Source: Planctomycetota bacterium (GTDB lineage Bacteria > Planctomycetota > SZUA-567 > H5-PLA8). From it: a DNA stretch of 64,000 nucleotides. Location of the stretch: contig JBBRPR010000007.1 in the NCBI GenBank assembly GCA_038227875.1, positions 96,001-160,000 of the forward strand. Reading direction: 5' to 3'. Position 1 is the stretch's first letter; each line of letters begins with the position of its first letter. Below are positions 58,258-64,000 of this stretch, piece after piece. The position numbers and the translations under genes are program-made. The notes under the pieces are model-generated. The model ran no database searches, had not been told where the DNA came from, and saw only the letters and a list, made by a program, of their open reading frames with translations.

Positions 58258-58450
58258 TCCAGACCCTTTATCCCCCGCCCATCCAACAGGTATTTTATTT
58301 GCTCCCGCTTAAGACGACAGCGGGAGTGGTTGTTGTCGTCTGACTTCAACTTCGGCTCCCATGCAATGGATCCGGCCGAGTTATGACAAGGCCGGCTTGT
58401 GCATGCTTTGTATAGCGCTGCATAAATGCTGAATAGGAGCGTGTACGCGT

Positions 58451-59677
58451 ATGAAATACATACATGCCATCCCGATTTTCGTTGCCATGCTGGCCATGGC
58501 GAGTGGCTTCGCTTCAGATGACCCCAACCTGCAGTTAGTTTCGGCCCATAACCCCGTGGCCCCGTCATCGCTGCCTCCCTATATGTTCCGTTGTGAAAAC
58601 GGCCTCTCCGCGACAATCAATGGGTACCTGAACGTCAAAGGCGTCCAGATTCCCGGGCAGCAGACACACCTGCTGACGGTGCCGGGTCTGGCGGCGCCAC
58701 TGCCGGTCAGCGTCGTGATGCAGGATCGCCCCGCGCCACTGGTAGTGGTCCTGCTGGGCATCAGCGGAGAAGCGAAGAGCGATTTCAGCAAGCTCTGGCC
58801 CTCGTATTTTGCCGACGCCGGTTACAACGTCCTGACCTTCGACTCCTCGTTCCGGCCGGAATTTATCGAACTGGGCGGCTCGAAAGTGGGCGTCCCAGGA
58901 AACGTCTGGGCTGAAACGGCCTTGGACCGGGACATCATTCAGACTTTTCTTGAGCGCTTTGGCGAACGGACCACGAAAATCGGTATCGTCGGCATGAGTT
59001 ACGGCGGAACCGAAGCGTTGATCCTCGGTCAGATGGCGATGGAAGGAAAAGTTCCGTTCAAGATCGACGCGATTCAAGCCTACTCGCCGCCCGCCGACAT
59101 GCGCCAGTCGGCAAAGATCATCGACGGTTATTACAACAATCACCGCTTCGACTACACCTTGATCGAAATGAAGACTGAAGTTGAAAAGCATCATCAGGCA
59201 TGCGGCGAACTGTCTGATGACCTGATGCGCGCGGTGCTCGCCACGTCGTTCGAGTCGGCGCTGAGCGACGCCGTCCTGGCCACCGATCACCACTTCGGCC
59301 TGAGTCTCTTCTCAAAAGATCCGGAACTGCGCAAGGATGAATCGAAGCAGTGGGGCTTTGAGCGCTATGCCTACGATCTGGCCCTGCCGTGGTGGCGCCA
59401 GCGTCTGGCCAAAGATCAGATCGACGATTTCGTCTTCGCCTCAACGCTTGAAAATCTGCTGAAGCATCAGCCGCCCTGCAGCCAGGCGATCATCGCGGCG
59501 GACGACCCGCTCAATGACCCGGTGGATACGCGGGTGTTGCGCGCCCATTTGGCCGAGACGCCGCTTACGATTCTGCCGAATGGGGGACACTTGGGTTACA
59601 TTGCCGATCCATGGACGCGAGCGAAGCTGCTGACCTTGTTTGATTGTGTGGCGGATAAGACGGCCAAGTCGCGTTAA
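58451..59677 (+). CDS. Secreted alpha/beta hydrolase
   Basis: Signal peptide, GMSYGG nucleophile elbow, DDP and GGHLG. Confidence 0.85.
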   Translation: MKYIHAIPIFVAMLAMASGFASDDPNLQLVSAHNPVAPSSLPPYMFRCENGLSATINGYLNVKGVQIPGQQTHLLTVPGLAAPLPVSVVMQDRPAPLVVVLLGISGEAKSDFSKLWPSYFADAGYNVLTFDSSFRPEFIELGGSKVGVPGNVWAETALDRDIIQTFLERFGERTTKIGIVGMSYGGTEALILGQMAMEGKVPFKIDAIQAYSPPADMRQSAKIIDGYYNNHRFDYTLIEMKTEVEKHHQACGELSDDLMRAVLATSFESALSDAVLATDHHFGLSLFSKDPELRKDESKQWGFERYAYDLALPWWRQRLAKDQIDDFVFASTLENLLKHQPPCSQAIIAADDPLNDPVDTRVLRAHLAETPLTILPNGGHLGYIADPWTRAKLLTLFDCVADKTAKSR

Positions 59678-59704
59678 CAGCGATTGATAAAACCTGATCC
59701 ACGC

Positions 59705-59745
59705 CGAGAAACGCCTCTCCAACGGGGCGTTTCTCGTTTTATTTT
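59705..59745 (+). terminator. Rho-independent terminator between convergent genes
   Basis: CGAGAAACGCCTC...GGGGCGTTTCTCG followed by TTTTATTTT. Confidence 0.8.
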
Positions 59746-59753
59746 ACGGTTCG

Positions 59754-59978
59754 CTAACGGCTGGTGGATGCGTCAGGTTGATCGTGCGGAATACGCGTGC
59801 GGCCGATCTCCGGCCAACTGAGAAATACCATGAAGGCCAGCCAGATCGCCCACAGCGCGAGCACGACCCATGTTACACCCGACGTTTGTGAAGGTTGCGC
59901 CGTGGATGCCACGCGGCCATCGGTCGCGCTCACGGAGGACGCTGGCGTAGCGGAATTGGCGGCGGTGACGTCACTCAC
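59754..59978 (-). CDS. Small single-TM protein
   Basis: GTGA overlap with the PPIase stop; WVVLALWAIWLAFMVFLSW. Confidence 0.6.
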   Translation of the reverse strand: MSDVTAANSATPASSVSATDGRVASTAQPSQTSGVTWVVLALWAIWLAFMVFLSWPEIGRTRIPHDQPDASTSR

Positions 59979-61210
59979 TGCGCGCCTACCTTCTCCCCCT
60001 TGTCGCCTTCCTTGCCGTCCTTCCCGTCCTTGGGCGTCTGCGTATTGGCGTTCGCGGCGGGAGTCGTCGGCTTGACGTCGTCCGGGAAGAAGAAGTCCAC
60101 GGTCATGGGAATTGCGACGCCATTTTCGAAGCGCTGAATCAAATTCGTCGCGACGGCCTTGCGGAACCACTCGTCTTCCTTGCGCTGCGACTTGGTGCGC
60201 AGCAGTTCCTTGTAAATCTTGTCGTAAAGGGGGCCTTCAAGCGGCTCGACACCAGCCTCGCGCTTATCGACGACCTGGGCAATCGCCCAGCTGTCCTGCA
60301 GGTATTCGAACACGCCACTGACTTCGCCCGGCTTCAACGCGCGGATCGCTTTCGAGAGCTTCGGATTGCAGCTATCGAGATCAAAGAAGGGGTCGGCGTT
60401 TGGATCCTTGGCGTCGGGCAGAATCAAGCCGCCGCGTTCGCGCGTTTCCAAATCGTCTGACTTGGTCCGGGCAACTTCTTTGAAGTCCGCGCCGTAATCG
60501 TGCACGTTCTGATAGATCTCAACGGCGCGATCATAGGCGTCTTCGCGGACGGAGCGGACGTTCGTGAGTGAATTGGTGACGATCCGGTCGACGCGGATGA
60601 GGCGAACCATCACGCCAGCCTTGCGCTGGTAGCGGCTGAGATTGGCCTTGTAGTACGCCGACACTTCCGGCCGCGTCGGCTGTTCCATGATGCCGTAAAA
60701 CTTGCTCTGGTACGTTTGAATCGTCTGATTGTCGCGAATGGCCTTCTGGACGTCGGCGGACGTGAAGCCTTTGGAGCCCAGCAGCCCGGCTTCCTTCAGG
60801 CGCTTCATCTGATTGGCGACTTCCTTCTCGACTTCCTTGTCATCGGCCGCGATCTTTTCGTTCTTGGCGTACTGCAGCATCAACCGTTCCCGCACCACCC
60901 CGCGCAACGCATCGCGGAACGGCGGAATGTACGCGTCGTACCACTGCTTCATGTTTTCCGGCGTGCACATCTTGTTGCGTTCCCACTCCTGCTTCTTGGC
61001 GCGCAGCATGGAGGCAATGCCGGGAGGCGACATGCGGTCTTCGATGTCGCGCTTGCTGATCATCTCGGTGTTCACGCGGCAGACGAGTTCGTTGTCGAGG
61101 TCCAGCGCCTTGGGTTCTTCGCCCGAGCAAGTCAGAGGCATCAATGCCGTGATCCCGGCAAGGACCATCCCGGTGGCCAGTTCCGAAACGATGCAACGCA
61201 ATCCCTTCAT
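59975..61210 (-). CDS. SurA/PrsA-like chaperone with parvulin PPIase domain
   Basis: VCRVNTEMISKRDI SurA N-domain; DFKEVARTKSDD...GG and LKPGEVS. The track ORF is over-extended. Confidence 0.85.
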   Translation of the reverse strand: MKGLRCIVSELATGMVLAGITALMPLTCSGEEPKALDLDNELVCRVNTEMISKRDIEDRMSPPGIASMLRAKKQEWERNKMCTPENMKQWYDAYIPPFRDALRGVVRERLMLQYAKNEKIAADDKEVEKEVANQMKRLKEAGLLGSKGFTSADVQKAIRDNQTIQTYQSKFYGIMEQPTRPEVSAYYKANLSRYQRKAGVMVRLIRVDRIVTNSLTNVRSVREDAYDRAVEIYQNVHDYGADFKEVARTKSDDLETRERGGLILPDAKDPNADPFFDLDSCNPKLSKAIRALKPGEVSGVFEYLQDSWAIAQVVDKREAGVEPLEGPLYDKIYKELLRTKSQRKEDEWFRKAVATNLIQRFENGVAIPMTVDFFFPDDVKPTTPAANANTQTPKDGKDGKEGDKGEKVGAQ

Positions 61211-61350
61211 CGGTGGCAAACCTCTGTGTGTGGGCAGATTCGTGTAACGTATTCCCAAGTTGGACGAGCCAATGACACGCGTCTTCAGGTTATCGGCAAA
61301 ATTCCACAAAGGCAACAGTGGTAACCAGATGCGCAGAGTTTGCCGCCTGC

Positions 61351-62415
61351 TCACGCCGACGGATAGAGATGGTAGAGCATCACGTACACGATCACGCCGG
61401 TGATCGAGACGTACAGCCAGATCGGGAATGTCACCTTCGCGATCTTGCGATGCTTCTCCCAATTGCCCTGAAACGCGCGCCAAAATGTCAGCGGTACAAG
61501 CACGCCAATGACTCCAGCGAGGACCACATGCGTAATCAAAATGGCGAAGTATAGCGTGCGCACACTGCCCTGCCCGAGGAACTTCACCGAGCCCGCGTGA
61601 TAGTGGTAGAGGAGATACGACGCGAGGAAGATGGCCGACGTGACGCCGGCGATCATCATCACCGTCTGATGTCCCAGAATCTGCCGGCGGCGAATCAGCA
61701 CGTAGCCCACGATCAGGAATACCGTGCACAGCGCGTTAAGCGACGCATTCAGGGCTGGCAGCGAGAATACGCAGAGTTCGTGCTCCAGCGCCTGAGCCGT
61801 ATTGGCCGCCTGCGCGACTTCCTCGGGAACCAATCCCGAATACGTGCCGCGCACGCGGCCCTGGCGGTCGACGACCATCAGCATCGAACTGTGGATGATC
61901 GGCTCATCGCCCGGCGCGGCCTTATCGACGATGGGAAGTTTGAAGTTGTCGTGCGTCAGCTTGATCATCTCGTCTTTGTGGCCGGGACCGGAAGTGACGA
62001 AGTGCCAGCGGGGACTGTCCGCGCCGTGCTGCTGAGCGTAATTGGCCAGCACCGCGGCCGTGTCGAATTCCGGGTCCATGCTGAAGGAGACCAACTGAAC
62101 GCGCGGCTCATTGGCGAGCCGCTGATTGACCTCCCGCATCCCCGTCACGATCATCGGACACGTGCCGGCACAACGGGTGAAAATGAATCCAGCAACCCAC
62201 GCATGGCCTTTCAAACTCTTGAGTGTGACTTCGCTCCCGGTCTGATCGGTCATCGTAAAGTTACTGAGCGGTAACAGGAGCGGGAGCTTGTTGGTCTCCG
62301 CGTTGAGCCGATTGACTATCGCCGCGCCAAACAGCCCGAGCATCGCCGCAATCAAAATCACCCAGACAAGCCGGTGTTGCGGAAGTTGGGCGATAGGTTC
62401 GGAAATCTGGGTCAT
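61351..62415 (-). CDS. SCO1/SenC copper chaperone fused to a DUF420 membrane domain
   Basis: FIFTRCAGTCP, DPEFD and IIHS; then LPALNASLN...FLASYL.YH...H..LA...HRKIA...WLYVSITG. Confidence 0.92.
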   Translation of the reverse strand: MTQISEPIAQLPQHRLVWVILIAAMLGLFGAAIVNRLNAETNKLPLLLPLSNFTMTDQTGSEVTLKSLKGHAWVAGFIFTRCAGTCPMIVTGMREVNQRLANEPRVQLVSFSMDPEFDTAAVLANYAQQHGADSPRWHFVTSGPGHKDEMIKLTHDNFKLPIVDKAAPGDEPIIHSSMLMVVDRQGRVRGTYSGLVPEEVAQAANTAQALEHELCVFSLPALNASLNALCTVFLIVGYVLIRRRQILGHQTVMMIAGVTSAIFLASYLLYHYHAGSVKFLGQGSVRTLYFAILITHVVLAGVIGVLVPLTFWRAFQGNWEKHRKIAKVTFPIWLYVSITGVIVYVMLYHLYPSA

Positions 62416-62528
62416 TTTGCTCTTAGCTCTTGGTTCTTGGACCTGACGGGAAATCGACGTTCACTCTAGCAATAGCGCACCATCGACAGGCCCCAAAGCC
62501 AGGAGCAACCAGCCAAGGGCCGCCATCC

Positions 62529-63395
62529 CTATTGCAAATCTGCGCGCGTTCGCGCCTTTGCCATGAACGAGGCACCCAGCAACGTCGCCACGCCGAACGC
62601 CACTGTAATCGAAAGCGAGAGTTTAAAGTCGGGCAAATCCGTGGGCTGATGAGCACTGGCGCTGTAGAGAATGTGCCGGAACGCCGCCAGGCCGTACGTC
62701 AGCGGATTGATCGTGATCATCGCGCCCAGCCAGACCGGCACGCCCTTGGCCGGAAAAAGCGCACCGGAGAGCAGCCACATCGGCAGCAGAAAGACGCTCA
62801 TGATGGCGTGAAACCCCTGCGTCGATTCCATTCGCCAGGCGATCATGAAACCCAGTCCGGTCAGCGCGAAGGCGATCACGAACATCACGGCCAGCGCTTC
62901 GACGAACATCAGCGGCGTAATCGTGATGCTGGGGATCGTCAGCGCCAGGACCAGGAAGAGCACGCCCTGCATCATCGCCAGGATGGTGCCGCCGAGAATC
63001 TTGCCCATCACCATCGTCAGCGGCGAAATGGGCGCGACGAGCACCGACTGGAGAAAGCCTTCCTTGCGGTCTTCGATGATCGAGATCGTCGAGAAAATCG
63101 CGGTGAAGAGCAGGATCATCACCACCGTGCCGGGGAAGAAGTACTCCTGGTACGACATGTCCGGCGGCGAACCCTCCGGCGGCTTGAACGATTTGGTGAA
63201 CGCCGCGCCGAAGAGCACCCAGAAAATCAACGGCTGCAGCAGCGCGCCGACGACGCGGTTGCGCTGCCTTAAAAATCGGACGATCTCGCGGCGCGTCAGA
63301 GTCATCACCGGCAACAGCACACCGCCACTGGCAGCGCGTTCCGGGATGTCACCGCTCATGGCGGCGCTGGGCGTTGGCAACGTGCTGGCTTGCAT
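62529..63395 (-). CDS. ABC-2 type exporter permease
   Basis: QPL, YFFPG, DRKEGFL...VAP, GK, LSGALFP and NPLTY. Confidence 0.92.
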   Translation of the reverse strand: MQASTLPTPSAAMSGDIPERAASGGVLLPVMTLTRREIVRFLRQRNRVVGALLQPLIFWVLFGAAFTKSFKPPEGSPPDMSYQEYFFPGTVVMILLFTAIFSTISIIEDRKEGFLQSVLVAPISPLTMVMGKILGGTILAMMQGVLFLVLALTIPSITITPLMFVEALAVMFVIAFALTGLGFMIAWRMESTQGFHAIMSVFLLPMWLLSGALFPAKGVPVWLGAMITINPLTYGLAAFRHILYSASAHQPTDLPDFKLSLSITVAFGVATLLGASFMAKARTRADLQ

Positions 63396-64000
63396 CAGTG
63401 TTTGCCCTTCTTTCCCTTGGGCGTGTCTTCCTCTGCCGCTTCGACCCAGAATTTGTGGCCGGTGCGCCGGATGAAGACGTCTTCCAGCGTGGGCTTGGAA
63501 ATAGTCATCGCTTCGATGCGCCCAGGCAGCGCCATTCCCAGCGCGCCGATCAGTTCGGGTCCGTTCTCGCGTTCGATGCGCAAACTGCCGTCGACGATCG
63601 TGGCGTCAAGCTTCAGCTTCTCTTTGATCTCCGCGCGCACGGCTTCGGGATCCTTCGCCTGAATCGTGATCACATCGCCGCCAATGGTTTCGCGCAGCTT
63701 GTTGGGTGTGTCGAGCGCCACCAATTCGCCCTTGTTGATGATTCCCAGGCGGTGGCAGTGCGCAGCCTCTTCCATGTAATGCGTGGTGAGCAGACTGGTG
63801 ACGCCTTCGTCGCGGCTGAGTTGCTCCAGGTACTGCCACAGGTCGCGCCGCGCCCCGGGATCCAAACCCGTGGATGGTTCGTCGAGCAGCAGTAGTTGCG
63901 GCCCGTGAATCACGCCCTTCGCAAGCTCCACGCGGCGCCGCATGCCGCCGGAGAACGTCTCAACGTATTCGTTGGCGCGATCGGAGAGCTTGACGCGTTC
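63395..64000 (-). CDS. ABC exporter ATP-binding subunit (DrrA-like), 5' part outside the window
   Basis: FSGGMRRRVELA, LLDEPSTGLDP, TTHYMEEA and PTLEDVF. Confidence 0.93.
   Translation of the reverse strand, partial: ERVKLSDRANEYVETFSGGMRRRVELAKGVIHGPQLLLLDEPSTGLDPGARRDLWQYLEQLSRDEGVTSLLTTHYMEEAAHCHRLGIINKGELVALDTPNKLRETIGGDVITIQAKDPEAVRAEIKEKLKLDATIVDGSLRIERENGPELIGALGMALPGRIEAMTISKPTLEDVFIRRTGHKFWVEAAEEDTPKGKKGKH

Noticed and set aside
61211..61729. N-terminal extension of the PPIase ORF
   Set aside because: Overlaps the DUF420 coding region in another frame; the signal-like sequence begins near 61210.

Overview
A GC-rich bacterial chromosomal segment with about 55 protein genes. The gene content suggests a Planctomycetota-like organism (inference): an FHA kinase, an FHA-sigma54 activator, an ECF sigma/anti-sigma pair, PQQ-propeller and FGE-sulfatase proteins, and short 'QFxL-TM' membrane proteins. 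Recognisable genes are aroB (partial), moaB, proC, feoA-feoA-feoB with a Fur box, ribBA, a GH4 glycosidase, livKHMGF, prkA, a SurA-like PPIase, a SCO-DUF420 fusion and an ABC-2 exporter (partial). No rRNA, tRNA, CRISPR array, transposase, integrase or reverse transcriptase was seen. The most interesting observations: (1) RibBA carries an extra basic N-terminal helix, and its promoter has repeated GCAAG(A/C)AT half-sites straddling the -35 box with no FMN riboswitch, suggesting an autoregulatory enzyme-repressor. (2) An unannotated 44-aa lipoprotein with a CxxCH motif has its own RBS and terminator. (3) An FGE/C-type-lectin gene has a 3' region with a DGR-like NNC codon signature, next to a deleted paralogue. 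(4) Several families of heptamer-armed inverted repeats occur, two of which bracket multi-kb gene blocks. (5) A complete sigma54 promoter with twin palindromic enhancers lies directly downstream of an FHA-bEBP gene. All calls were made by eye; no database searches were run.
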